The position numbers and the translations under genes were made by a program. From Phoronis australis (Eukaryota; Animalia; Phoronida): a DNA stretch of 64,000 bases. Below, one piece after another: positions 13,501 to 26,678 of this stretch. The stretch spans positions 62,001 to 126,000 of the forward strand of contig NMRA01000441.1 of the NCBI GenBank assembly GCA_002633005.1, in the 5' to 3' direction. A model generated the notes under the pieces. That model saw only the letters and a program-made list of their open reading frames with translations. It was not told the origin of the DNA and did no database searches. The stretch's first letter is position 1; each line of letters opens with the position of its first letter.

Positions 13501-16500
13501 AAAATCATTGATGATCAATTATGATCAAACAAACTTACTGCTGTAGATCACGCGAACAAATCTCCATCACCTGGACCTCTCCCTCAGGTCGTTTTTAACT
13601 TGGTTGAAGTTGCGTAGACAGTACTTTCAAAACAAACTCAACAGATTTTAAAAGAAATCTGCTAAGCTTGGATAACACCATGCCAGAATTGTTCGTCAGT
13701 TTTGTAGCAATAAAATGGCATTTTTGTCGACATTTTGTCAATAGTTAGAGTGCCTAGCCACTAATTGTTTACTGATGTGGACTTTCAAAACAACATGTCG
13801 CGATTAAATAGACATTTAGTCACAATTTTGCCTATCGAAACTTTGTCAAACTTCGATATTGTACAGTTTATTTTGAAAAGTACTGTGCGTGTGTGTGCTG
13901 TCTTTAACATTCATTGTAGAAACCAACTGAATACATTGACAACTCAGAGCTCTCCCTCCCCTAAGGGGAGAGGTGCCTTTGCCTTCTGAGTGGGAACATT
14001 TGGGGAAATTCTTCTACCCTGACCACACACTATTTCGATCCCTCCTCCAGTCCATGACATCACATCAGCAAGAACCTCAAATTGCTAAAAATATGCTTTG
14101 AAGAAGTGATTCTGGAGGGGAACTTATTAATCAGTGGAGGGGAATTTTTGGGCCTGATGAGGGGAGTTTCATGTGATTTTTAAATACTTTTCACAAGGGA
14201 ATGGGGGTCCAAAATCGATGAATTAAGGGCCGTGCACCTTAACGCTGTGTAATACAAGCTTTCTTAAAATTGATGTCCGTTATTGTAAAGTGAAAGAGAT
14301 CACAGGGATTTGCACTTAAAATTAATAAAGAGCCTCACCTCAATTCCAAACAGCACTACGTGGGCAGGCAGTGTGCCATTGAACAGAGTTGTCAGTTTGT
14401 CCAGCACTTCAGGTAAAACCATACTAAACTTTGTCTTAGGGAACACCTGCACAGCATGGCTTATGTCGATCGATGATACGGTGTTACCAAGACCTTTAGG
14501 GTACTAAAGATAGAACACAGATAAGGACATACAAATCTCATCAAGTTCACAACTGCCAAAGTTGCCTATTCCATGTTTCAAGGGCTTTCAACATTGTTGT
14601 GAGCACACAGAGGTTTTTTAAAAACCGGCTCGTAGTGCATGTGGTACGGAACTAGCAGGAGTGGTTCAGGGGTTTCAGCCCCCCTGGGTGGCGTGACTAA
14701 AAACACAGTCATAACAAAGAGCCACGACGGTTCATCAAACACCACCGCAAATAATCTATAGATACACTCCTGTACCACATGCTTTTACGACACAAAGGTC
14801 AATTTCAAATTTTCCGGTAGATGAGAGCAACTCACTCTAGCACAACAAAATGTAATTTAACAGGCTACCTCAACAGCACGGCTCGTGGACTCATGAACAC
14901 ATCTTGAAGACATGCCCTAGTGCTGAGTTCAGATTCACAAACATGGCTCCCCACTCGCAAAATACAGCGTACATGCAGCCGAAAAGAAACACATCTCATT
15001 GACTTCCGTGACTAAGAATCATAGGCATAACTCAGCAAAAGACTGGATTAACCATGCTCTCAGGTACTAAAGCCGTGGTTGCAGTCCAGGAGATGTGCCG
15101 TCCACAAGGTGTGCAGGCCTAACTTTTGACTGCGGGGTAGTGCTTTGAGTCATTGAACTACATGAGTTTACATGTCCTTCAGCTATTTTTAAGAGTATTG
15201 AGCTACGTTCATAAGTGCGTGAGGTGTGCTGTTTGGGTAGCCTAAATAGACCTGACATAGAGCATCAGCACTGACTATACGCAACTAACATATATACTTT
15301 TACTCATAAGAATTCATAGCCACAATACAATAAAAGGAACAAACTATAATGCAAGGCACTCCAGTGTCTTTTCAACTTCAATTCATCACAGTTTAATTAA
15401 ATTATCAATAAACAAAGAAAAACCAGGAACCCCAACTGGGGATCGAACCACAGGCCTCTAGATTGCTGAGCTACTGCGGACCCGAAATCTGTGCAACTAC
15501 TGTTTTTAGCCAACTGTTCTGACATTCATACCATAAACGGCATTTCGCCTTTTCACACGAGATTGAACAATTACGTAATCAGCAATTTACCAGTATGTGT
15601 CTATCTTTAATGAAAATACATCAATCAAGTATGACCTCAGTACAAGTGTGCACATAAATACTACAGTTACCTGTTCTGTAACAATAAAAGGAATGTTGAG
15701 TATCTTGGAAGTTTGACTCTGGAACAAATGAAGAACAGAAAATGAGGATATGGGAGAATACTAGAACAATCTGAGAGTTGGGTCTATGAAGTAAAACTTG
15801 CAAGATGGAACCAACTGGACCCAGATTTTATCCACGGAAGACAAAATTTGACGAATCGAAAGGACCAAGTGCACCGACTAGAAACATACTGCAAAACAAA
15901 GTATTACTAAAGAAGGTCCAATTTGTGCATGTTTGGTTAAGCAAATTTTCAACCTATTTGACTGCTTCACATTCCTAACCTACCCAGGAGCTAGTACAAT
16001 TTCCAGTGGTGACGAATCATTTACACTATACTATACTATACTATAGAGTTCCTGAGCAATATGGCTACTCCTGGTTACTTGTCCCACTTGGATGGTTTTA
16101 ATGACACTGAGGGCAGACCTCTGAAAGTAGCAACCTGATTTTGAGTACTGCAAGAGCAAGACCTAATTATGCCGAAAAGTTCTCATCATACAAACATGGC
16201 TACCATGTGAATTGACTTGGGAGGGGCATCTGGAGACAACGAACAGTGTATAGCTATCATGTATGCTAACTAGTAAGATCAGGGTCTCTTGAGATCTGCA
16301 AGGTATCATTAGTGAGCCAGAATATTACCATTTGAAACAAAGTTCATTGTGACTGTAGTACAGTGCTAAATATTGCCATTCTACCTTTATTACGCCGATT
16401 TAAAAGTTGTGGATTTTAGTGTTAATTATGAAAAATGACACAAATGGGGCCAATTTCTTTTTGTCCCAGATTCTTAAATCAGATGTTCTCCTTCTACAAG

Positions 16501-18219
16501 GTTTGCATACATGTTGAATCAAGTTATAATCGGAATTGGTTTTTCACTCATTTTAACACCAGCAATAAACCAGACTTTTTGATTTGAGTAACATGCCAAG
16601 AATTGTATGATGACACTTGGCCTACCTCAAAATCCAGCGCTACATGTTGGTTTGGTAATTGGCCATTGTGTTGCATATCCCGCAGAATTAATGAGGCACA
16701 GAACAACGCGCGAGCTCTGGGCAACATTCGGTTAAAATTACCAGGCTAAATGTCCCATTTCTTGTCCGATTTTAAAAATTCAAAAACCAAATGTCTACTT
16801 TTCATGAATGATTTAAATATGCTATTTAAACACTTTCAAATCGAAAATTAAAAAAAAATTGTCACCCCCATTGTGTTTATGATGGGTTTGATTATTTAGG
16901 AACCATAACATCAGCAGCTTGAGGCAATTAAATTAACCACAACAGCATGAGGTCTCTGATCCGAACCTGCAATTACTGAGGTAGGCAAACCGGTCAAGTT
17001 GCCCAATCTTGACCAGTTTGGGTGTCAAGGTAGGATTGTTGTCATGAAAATTTGCTTCAGAGTCAGGTGAAACTAGCTGCCATCATCTCCCCAAACTTCC
17101 ACAAGTGCACACTTTTCAAGTCAACGGAAAATTAAATTTTAAATTTTATTTGTTACAAAATGCAGAATATAGTGCAAGAAAGTGATGGTTATTAAAATTG
17201 TTTTCACTTAAACTCTGTATAAAACAGGCACAGGTGGTTGACCCTCAGATTTTATACATGCAATCCCACTGGTTTTTAGTTCTACATGTTGATATAAGTT
17301 TCACGATTAGGTGAAGCGCAGAACTACCCAGGCAGTTAGACAATGACCATCATCTGTGCTTTCGAAGCTGGGACCAGCAGAGACGATGGTCATTGCCTAT
17401 CCAGGCGGTGTGAAATTTCAAGGTCTATGTGAGGTTAACGCACTCCGGTAGGTTCTGTGATGATCGACTCTAACATTCTCACAGCAAGCTGGCTGCGGGC
17501 TAGTCTGGAGCATTGTCTGAGGAGCTGGTGGGGCTTTCACTTTCGATTTACTCGCCGAGAGGCAAGTGTCGTTGGACACTGTTGGGTTAGTTAATACTTG
17601 CAGAAGTGGGCTGATGAATCTGCTACTGACTACTGTACACAGTAATACTTTGTAAACAGCCCGTAGCCACGGGGGTCGGAGGGTTCAATCGAACCCCCCC
17701 CCCCTCCCCGGAAAAGGTCCAGCCCCAGCCGTTAAAGCTAGGATACAGATGCACGACAAGTGCTGCGAAGATGCTATCGTCCCCGAGTCGCAAAGAATTG
17801 GTGCGTGCGCGTGAGCGGCGTGTCGTGAGCGTACTGCTTTCAAAACGGCAGTTCTTTTTTTACAAAAGGCTGAGAATCACGCAAGGAAAATGACGTTTAA
17901 TCTCAGTTAATTAGATCGTTTTTTCACTTAAATGCCCGTAAATTAAGGTAAAGATGAGCATCCCAGCCCCAGACGCACCTCGACGGTCGTATGGTTTCAC
18001 GACGAGGTGACGACTAGCAGAAATACCCGTCATGGTCATCAAGCGTAGGGGACTGAGTCGACTGAGAGCAGAGAGGGGCTCTAGTTTTTATGTTCTTACC
18101 AGTCGCTGTGCAACTTTTGTAACACCGTCAAAACACTCTATTGAAGGTGCAAACTTTTCTTGCAGATCACACATAAAAAATACGACCTTGGTCGGATCAA
18201 TGTCCCCAAGTTTCGCCAT
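10545..18219 (-). CDS. Isochorismatase domain-containing protein (ISOC1/ISOC2 family), 198 aa, 5 exons
   Basis: Exons (minus) 18100-18219, 15671-15718, 14339-14503, 11951-12067, 10545-10691, all phase 0, total 597 nt. Protein [23 protein letters not shown]...[15 protein letters not shown]...PKTKFSMV...[20 protein letters not shown]...[11 protein letters not shown]...[39 protein letters not shown]. The Asp-Lys-Cys triad of the isochorismatase family is present. Confidence 0.95.
12705..12900. mobile_element. Degenerate MITE
   Basis: ctcatttcactaaa / tttagtgaaactgaccc inverted termini. Confidence 0.5.
15423..15482 (-). mobile_element. tRNA-derived SINE head (degenerate, internally deleted)
   Basis: Minus strand reads ggtccgcagtagctcagcaatctagaggcctgtggttcgatccccag: partial A box (TAGCTCAG) and B box (GGTTCGATCCC). 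Too short for a cloverleaf. Confidence 0.5.
16439..16875. mobile_element. MITE with CAC...GTG termini (Transib/Chapaev-like)
   Basis: cacaaatggggccaattt versus aaattgtcacccccattgtg (inverted). No clear TSD. Confidence 0.4.
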
Positions 18220-18289
18220 GCCGATTCACAAATTTCACTTCTCGAAGAAACTTCAGCGACATCTATTGAACAATCCGTCGGTTGTGCGT

Positions 18290-19398
18290 GTGCTGTGCGT
18301 AAACTTGGAATCCTGTGTGACGGGAGCGCCGTCTATTGATGGAGTCGTGAGTGAGGACGAGTCGTCAGTTTAGTTCCAGAATCTCAGTGTGTTATTATAT
18401 TTTAAAGGGGTGTAAGATGGTCAATTCCTTATATGGAACTTCCGATGATGAAATTTTTAGTTCTATTCTGATTGGTTTTCACATTTATCTTGAGACCCCT
18501 ATTTTAGTGTAATTTGGAACATTCGCGGTGCGAATAAGCCTATAAAAATGTGCCGGGGCCCCTCGCACTAAAACTTCGGATTCTGCCGGGTCTCAACTCT
18601 ATCTGCAAGGAATCCCAACCATGCAAACTAACTGCTTGGGCCTTTTAAATTTGGACTTTGACATTTTTTAGAGAATTCTTCTTGTTTGTAAATTCTTTGG
18701 GTTATATGTTAATGATGCGATGCCGACGGAAGTTAGCGAGTTGGAAGTTTGTAGATTTGTGTTTCATATTTATTGCATAATAAAACTCAGTATATTTATC
18801 TTCTTCTCTCTTGTTTCACTATCTATAAGTTGTCACCATGGTTCTCTCGTATGCGATTCGAACGAGTGAAAAAGTACACAACGCTGCAAATATTTTTATC
18901 GGCTACGAATAGTCGACATTTTAGAATCATGGGTGCAGGTCGTTCCACCGATTCCCGTTACACCAGCTTAATCTCAATATTAAGCGGAAGTAAGTGTTGC
19001 GTGAACTTGGAATTGAATATTTCTTAAGGCAAAAAGGTGACATTTTTGTTCGGTGAGAAGAATTTTTGTAATTATTGGAATCGCGATAAACCATTTCCTC
19101 CTTTACCGTAACCTGTGTACCTGAACCGGAGGAATATGCCTTGTGTGAATGGCTCATGGAAATGATTATTGTGAATGAAACTGATTGCCCGTAGTTGAAA
19201 AGATTGGTTAAAATTGACATTATTTTATTCAAATGTAACTTGATTAAGTGCAGTGCAAATTTTTATGAACATGAACGTGATTATTTGAGTGAACTTGTCA
19301 AGTTGCCTCGCGTATTCCAAGATCACCGCAACACTCACTTCTGCTAATCTTGCTTAATCAGGATTCCAAGTTCACGTACAGCACGTGAACTTGGAATC
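18290..19398. mobile_element. TIR element with nested inverted repeats, directly upstream of the ISOC start codon
   Basis: gtgctgtgcgtaaacttggaatcctg (18290) is inverted to caggattccaagttcacgtacagcac (19359-19384). An inner related pair lies at ~18992 and ~19335, and a perfect 16-bp IR at 19362-19398. Confidence 0.6.
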
Positions 19399-21243
19399 TT
19401 GACTGACTTTGGAATAAATTTTTAACCCGATTCACGCATTACGGCGTTTTCCCGTTCATCCCAACTTATTAGATTCTCTAGGCCAACTACAAGTTGGGAA
19501 GATGACCTCTGTAACCTACCCAACCACACGACTGATGACTCCATTCTGGCCTTATGGCTGGAGGGCCAGCTCTTTTTTGTTTGATGAATTGCTGTAATCT
19601 CCAATAAGATCATAGCTGCTCTATAGTCTATGATAAGATCGTATCTAGCGCCTGACTGGGCTGTGCTGTTAAAAATAAAACTTAAGTTATAACATATTTG
19701 AACATAGAAACCAATAGCATTTCTAAATTCCTCGTCAAATGCTGCTCGATCATGTTTAATTTTTGAATCCCCAATATCGCCCGACTAGTACTCAACCGAA
19801 TTACTACAATTTCCGAACGACCAATTCGCTCTGGGTTTGATCAGTGGCGGATTTAGGGGGGCCAAGGGGGTCATGCACCTCCCACCCCCCCCCCCCCTAG
19901 AATTCCCCTTTATACCATTTGGCAGTTCGGGCCGCTGACTAGCATATGCGCAGTGAACCTTTTAATCTTTTTAGAAAGTTTGGCCATCCATGAGACGATG
20001 TAACTTATTGCAATTGCCTTATTCGAGTGGTGAAATTGACCTTCGTTCTGGGCCATCGCCGCGGTGAGTCTCGTCGATTGAATTCAGTGCTGAGTGATTA
20101 ATTTAGTCCCCGCAACCGTATTAGGCAGTAATAATGGGTGGCACAGAAAAAGCCATCATACATGTACATAGTATGTTTCGTGTCCAAATATTTCAAGCTC
20201 GGTAATATACTGTAAAAGAAACGAGAGAAATGCTTTGATTAGAAACACTCTTAACAAACAGAAGTAACACCAGTTGCATTTTTGTCAGAACTGAACTTCT
20301 GCTGTCAGAAAAAACGACAGAGAATTTTAATTTTTAGATTGCGTAAGCAGGGTAGAGTAAAATCAATGTCACCTCGGTTGCTGCACCAGTTTCCATGCAC
20401 TTCGATATCCCGGCCCGGCCATGCGGCACCATATACTTCTCGCAACTCTGCGAGTAGTTTTAAGTGGCATCCGCGGTAGTGGCGGACTGTCTCCGGTCTA
20501 GCTAAGCGTGATCGTAATCGGAGACAAATCGGAGAGTCAGGCGTTAAAGACTTGTTATGATGCCAAAATGACTATTTTTATATCTAAACACATGTATTTC
20601 GGATGAAAAACGTGAACATATGGTGCAACAGCATACTCCGGTCGTTAAATTTTACAATAGGCCTACAGCAGCCCCATCATCACGAACCCAATTTAGAGCC
20701 AAAAATCTTGAGATGGTGCACCAACCGAAGTCTACGACATCATGGACACAACGATTGTTGCTTTCGCCGTGTCTCCATCCTATTGGAATCAGCGATGACT
20801 GGCCAATTTGGTGCAAAATACGTGGAAAAGTAACAACATATATATTTCATCTCGATCTTTTCGTATAAAGCAATAATCAAATTCATCTAAAATTCATATC
20901 AGAAACTGATTTTTCAAAATAAGTCTGCAACCCTTAGTCGCCGCAATTTTGAATATATAGACTTGATCAACCTTTCACAAAGATTGAAAATTAAATAGCA
21001 ACGCAACGTTGTGAGTATCCCGTAATATATTGAAACTATGAAATAAAATCTGGATTGCATGGAAGCATATACCGAATTAGAATGATTTGTATTCAATTCA
21101 ACGTCAATCATAAAATATATTCCGATACGGGCTGTCCGGGAATTCGGCCCCAATCGGGATATTCTGATTTGGGCCGGATTCCCGATACGGGCCGGAACAG
21201 TAACGCGAAACGTCGAAGTGCACGCACTACAGATATTCTAGCC

Positions 21244-22730
21244 AACTAGGTAGCTGTTTGAAGGCTATCGTCAGCGAGGTATCACACTGTTTTGAGCTCC
21301 GTTAGACCCCGAAATTTCGCACAACCCTGGCAGTTCTGCTCGTCATTTCGTCGTGAAACTTGTATCAACATGTAGAGCTAACGACCGGCGGGAGTGCACG
21401 CAAAGCATAACGGGGAGTCAACCGACACTCACCTTGCCCGAATTGCAGACGTTTAAGTGAAAAACAATCTAATATGTTGGGGGAAATCTTCGACACTTTG
21501 TGTGTCACCTCCCCAATAGTTCGACAAAGGGACAATTTACGAGAAAGGAGAGGAGAAGTTACAGAACACAAATACAAATACTCGCCTGACATTAGCCTAT
21601 GCCCGAAATTACACGATAGTGTCATGCTTTTTCACCTGAAAATAATGCATCTGAACGGATTTAAGTGAGACAATGCGCTAGTGGTGGTTTAGAAGGTGAG
21701 TGTACTCGTGGACGAGCACAGACGTCCTCAGCTTCTGATCGTCCCCAATACACTACATATAATACTGCAAGGTATGACCATGACTCGGGAATAGAAATTC
21801 CACGGGTGCTTCGATTCAGCCGTCCACATCAAAGACATAACTCAATAAATTTACACAAAACAGGGTTTCAACAAATAACTATGAGAAATTGTTCTTTCTT
21901 ATAATACCATTCACGGTGTCCTGCTCCAACGAGCTCGCAAGAAATTCGCTGTCAAAGCACAAAAATGTTCCCAAAAAGCCCAAACACACTTCGCACCTTG
22001 ACGGTTCGAGGTCAAGGACGGTACGGAAATTATCGATGAATTAAGGATGGACGGCGTTACCGACATCGTGACTTTACGCGACAAACCCGCAAGAAGAGTA
22101 TTGGCTACAACTTATCTATGCGTACATGTAGGTGTTCATCTTCGCCATCCCGAAGCATCCTAGTTCAACTTTTGTGGCGAGACTGTCATGGCCTTAAGTC
22201 ATTTTTTCATTTTCAAGTGGATTAGTTTTGCACGACTTACCGTCTAGAATGGAGTAACCGCGCAGTTCAGCTGATTTCCCGACGAAAACATTACGCACTT
22301 ACTGAGATGGCCACGCTCTGCGCACGAGATGTTTTCACTTTTTGCTCACCATAACATTAGAATACGCATGAGCCACTTATATACAGTCCAGGGACCCGTT
22401 CCAACAAAACTGACGTAGCTAAGACAATTCTAAAATTTTACTAAATTTTAAAATAACAGTTCCGTTTGTCTCAAAATCATTTCAAAAACGAGATCTTAAG
22501 CCTGATTTAAGTGTTTGACGTAAGTTTTGTCTTAATTTGGATGAATTTACCAGATCTGGAAGTTTCAAAGTTTGGAAGACAAATCTTAAACTTAAGTCAA
22601 AAATGAACTTAAGTCAGTTTCTTGGAACCGGCCCTATGTCTACTTCGGCTCTGAAGAGCTCATAGCCAATCAGCTAGCTATATGAAGACTATCGTCAAAA
22701 TTATAATTATTATACAGCTTTGTACCAAGG
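21244..22730 (+). mobile_element. Dispersed HINE/Helitron-like repeat family G
   Basis: Blocks tagctgtatgaagactatcgtc, gaccccgaaatt...agttctgctcgtca...gtgaaaaacaatctaata and atacagctttgtaccaa are shared with 54160-55200, ~58850 and 61540-61850. Confidence 0.6.
22390..22635. mobile_element. MITE family A (Harbinger-like)
   Basis: TIR agggacccgttccaacaaaactgac / gtcagtttcttggaaccggccct; related copies at 42870-43127 (inverted) and ~12294 (fragment). Confidence 0.75.
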
Positions 22731-22741
22731 CTAAAGGTCTT

Positions 22742-24875
22742 AGTGCCCAGTTGCATGGAATAGTCACAAATAGACGCATCTACGCTCCCTAAATCGTTTG
22801 CTTATTTGTGTCATTCTTTACTAACAGATGTAATCTTTTTCCACCATTTCATATTCATTGTTTGGTCCTCGTTGACTAATAACATTTTGTAAAACTTACT
22901 TTAAACAGGTGATGTTTCACTGCTCCCCGTCAATCATCAGCTAGATGACGTCTTCACAGCATACTTCGGCCTTGGCCTTGAACACGCTCCAATGTCAGGC
23001 TTCCGAAGTTGACCAGGCATCGCTTTGACGGGGTTTCTGGCACTATTTTGTCTTCTGCCACCACAACCATGATGATGCTGACTCCGCTGTGGCTGCTACT
23101 AAATTCATCACAGTCTTCCTTGAATGGGTTGAAATCCTCAGCATCCTAGACATCCCCCTCATGCTTGATGCCACAAAACCTGTCGCTCCTACCTCAACCG
23201 GCAAACAGAAGCACATCCACACATTTCCCGATATCTTTCAAAGCTTTCATCCCCTGGTCTTCCTGCATCCTGGTTTCCCATGGCACAGTTAATTCCACCA
23301 GGACTATCACCTTCGTTGTGTCTGACCATAAAATAAAGTCAGGCCTTAAGGATGTCGACATTATATGGGTCTGGTATCTGCTTTGCTTCTCCAAATCAAC
23401 CTCCATGTACCAATCATTCGTCATAGATAACTTCAATCCTGTGTTACAGCCACCAGCCGTAAAATTGATAGACTTCTTCGCTAACTTGCGCTTGGTTCTT
23501 CTCACCAAGTCCAGTATGTGTGCAATCTGTTAGAGGACCTTGTTGTGCAGCCAAATGTGCTTCCCAGCTGCCAGGGAGACCTTAAAGCTGAATAGGACGT
23601 GTTGTAGAGACTCCACTTAGCCACAACGGATACATATATCGCCGTCCTCCTTTTTCCATAACTTTAAGCAGCTCCTCGTTGTTAGGGTGTCATCAACTGA
23701 TCACAATAAAAACCTCAGCCTGCGCTGACTGCCAGGAACAATTAACTCTTCTGGTTTTTCCAACATCCATCTTGCTCCTACCGCTGATGATGTGGTGATT
23801 TTCATGTAATCAACAAATGCGCGGCACCGGAGGTGTGGACGTCTGCCTTGTGGAAGAGGTCCCCTGCACTCTTTGCTGGCTCGGTGAATAATGAGGCTCA
23901 TAGCAAGAACAAATAAGCTGACTGAAATGGTGCACCCGGTCAAGATCCCTATCTCTAAACGCTTGAAATCTGTTGTGGACCTCTTCGTAGAAAATCATTT
24001 CTGTTGAAATAGCTGTTGATGACCTTCTGAACTCCTTCTGGAATATGATAAGTCGCCATCGCCTTCCTTATCAATGAATGTGATGTGGAACAATACTCAT
24101 TCTCTAAATCTAACCAAGTCCGACTTGCTTGCCTTGGCGTTACCGATAATGTATGTTAGAACAGCCTTATGCTCCAGGCATACAGACTGCCATGGTACAC
24201 CACCTTTCTGTACTGTGAGATCGATATATCCATTTCCAAGGGCGTACTTGACAATTCTTGATGCAATCACTACGAAGAAAACTTTGCACTTCATATCAAG
24301 TAAAGAAATTGTTCTGTGGTCTTTAATAGCTTTTGCATCTTTGATCTTTGGAATGTACCAGCCCTCATCTTTGCCCCAGTGATCAGGAAGTTTTTTTGAC
24401 TTCCAAACTCCTCTCAATAGCTTCCATAACCGCCTTAATAGGCCCAGGCACTTCTTGTTAACGATGTAACTCAACACAGAAGGACCTGGGAATGAACCGA
24501 CCCAGGTCTTCATGCGTACACTCTTCACTTCAGAAAGCTTAATGTCTCCCACCTTAAACGGGACTTCAGTTGGATCTTTCTCATCTATTCCATCGAACTC
24601 CTCCAGATTGTCAAACAGCTTCGCGTCACTGTGGTAGTATTTTAGCTCGGCTTTGCTACATGGTAACCGCCCTTAGTTCAATGAAAATAAATAAGGACTT
24701 AGTCCTTAAGTTAGGGGCTATGCACTAATATTGAAAATTTAACGTAGAGTTAATTCTCGAATAGTATCAAAGCTAGAACATGCCTTAGTAATGTAACTAA
24801 AACAAGATCATAAGGTCACAAATACGCAGTAGATTTAAGAAATTCAATTTTGGGACTGTTTCATGCAACCGACGC
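22742..24875. mobile_element. MITE family B copy split by a LINE fragment
   Basis: 22742-22900 matches the left half and 24675-24875 the right half of 7091-7535. Confidence 0.75.
22902..24672 (-). mobile_element. RLE-type non-LTR retrotransposon (HERO-like), 5'-truncated and frameshifted
   Basis: Broken RT (RTISLLDMKCKVFFVVIASRI, QKGGVP..CLEH, MTGCTISVSLFVLAM), REL endonuclease LRPDFILWS...VELTVPWE and C-terminal AESASSWLWW. Confidence 0.85.
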
Positions 24876-26678
24876 GAGTACAAAGTTTTCCATTCAAATA
24901 AGGTTAGATTCCGCTGGAAGTGACTGAACGAGTTCCGTATATTTTGGGAGCTAAAATTCTGAGACGGGCGTTCATAAAAAACATAGAATTTGAAGGCAAT
25001 ATGGGCATTATCTTGGATGAATACGGTATAAATCTTATTGGTTTGAGGTATTAGATACTATTTTATTTTGCCTATTTCTGAGTGTTTAAAATGTCAAGCA
25101 AAACGACATTAATCTTAAAGGAGGGCAATAAACTGGTGGTGTCATTTTTGTTTAAAATACGGCGCTCGTTTTACTCTAGATAAATTTTCTAGATAATTGT
25201 ATTCCTAGAGTTCTAATTCATTATTCGTGCGTCACTCCGGAAGCGATGTTCGCGGCCCGAATCATTCACCGCCACCTTTTGTGTGTGCGGGATGACTTCA
25301 AGGCATTTTAAATAAGACCCAGAGAAGGTCAAGTAACCGTAAATTTTGTAATAAGCTGGCGCAATCTATTACGCACTCGGATGTCAAACCGCATTCATGT
25401 ATGACGCCTGCATAAGTGATTAGGAAACTGGGAATATAATTAACTTGAAAAGTCATCTAGGATAGCTAGAAAGCACACTTCTCTGATCGGTTTGGAAACC
25501 TACAAGTGGTCTATAAACCCGAAGCATGTTGCCGATCTCCAGGAATTGAGAAGAGCCATTGAAATTGGGCTTGACTTGTCCAACTTGGGACTTCCGTCTT
25601 CAAATGCTCTCGAAGCATGAATAAACTCAAATAGCCGAGAAGGCGAGAACAATGTGAAGTTCTAACCCAAATTAAATAACATTTCTGATTGAGGTGATTC
25701 TATTCGAAAGACTACAGACACGTACAGATGCGACTTGAGTGAATTGGTAAAGCACTAAAACTTTTTGGCAAAATCTTATTCAGTATTTTTAAACACATAA
25801 CAAAGAAAGCTGTCTACAGATATCTGTCAAATCATGGGTCTTTCATGCTTCTGGCAAATATTATAATAATTATTTTTCTAGTTTTTCGGAGTCCAACGGT
25901 TGTACCAGAAACAGAATATACGATGAAACCGTATGAGTGAACGAGAGAGTAGACTCAAACAAAACTTCACGAAAACAATATTGTTGGCTACAAAATGTAG
26001 CGAGTGAGAGAGAGGAGAGTGAAAGTACACTTTTTATTCAGGAACACAAACTTTGGTACGATATATAAAATAAAAATAAAAAATCGTGACATAGTACATA
26101 AAATCACTCATTTTACCTTTTCAGTGCAACATTATGCTATAATAATGGTGTGCTGAGAACAGGGTTTTATACGTTACATGGAAATATGCTTTTATGATAA
26201 AATCAATTACTGAATGGTTTGTAATATCTGACACGACTGTATGAAGCACAAAGAGAATTCAGTGTAGGGAACGCAGATAACAATTGCTTATCATGATTAG
26301 GTTCGGTATAAAGTAGCGTGGACTGCATATCGCCTGGAGTGTAATAAAAACAATTAAAAATAATGTTGGTGGCAGCAACTATTAAAATAGAAACATAGAA
26401 AATATCACTTCATCTCCTGTTAATAACAAATAAAAATGAGGTAATTAAAAATATAGCCGATGAATTTAAGGAACGCAAATCGACTGTTTATTGGGAACAG
26501 GTGGGCGTCAACTTGAAAATAATGGCGGATGCCGTCTTGCCGTCAACAAAACATGACGATCCTTAACTTAAAGGGATTGGAAGACAGAGAGGCCACTCCA
26601 TAGACCGCAACGACGCAATGTGCACCCTGTTTTGTGCACGATACTCAATACAAGAGTCGTCATATACTGGCATTACAT

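Noticed and set aside
15423-15482. Functional tRNA gene
   Set aside because: The D and anticodon arms are missing and there is no acceptor stem; treated as a SINE remnant.
22905-22960. Hammerhead ribozyme (CTGATGA...GAAAC on the minus strand)
   Set aside because: Stem I cannot form (6 nt) and stem II lacks the G-C closing pair. Other CTGATGA hits (946, 50355) lack the GAAA core.
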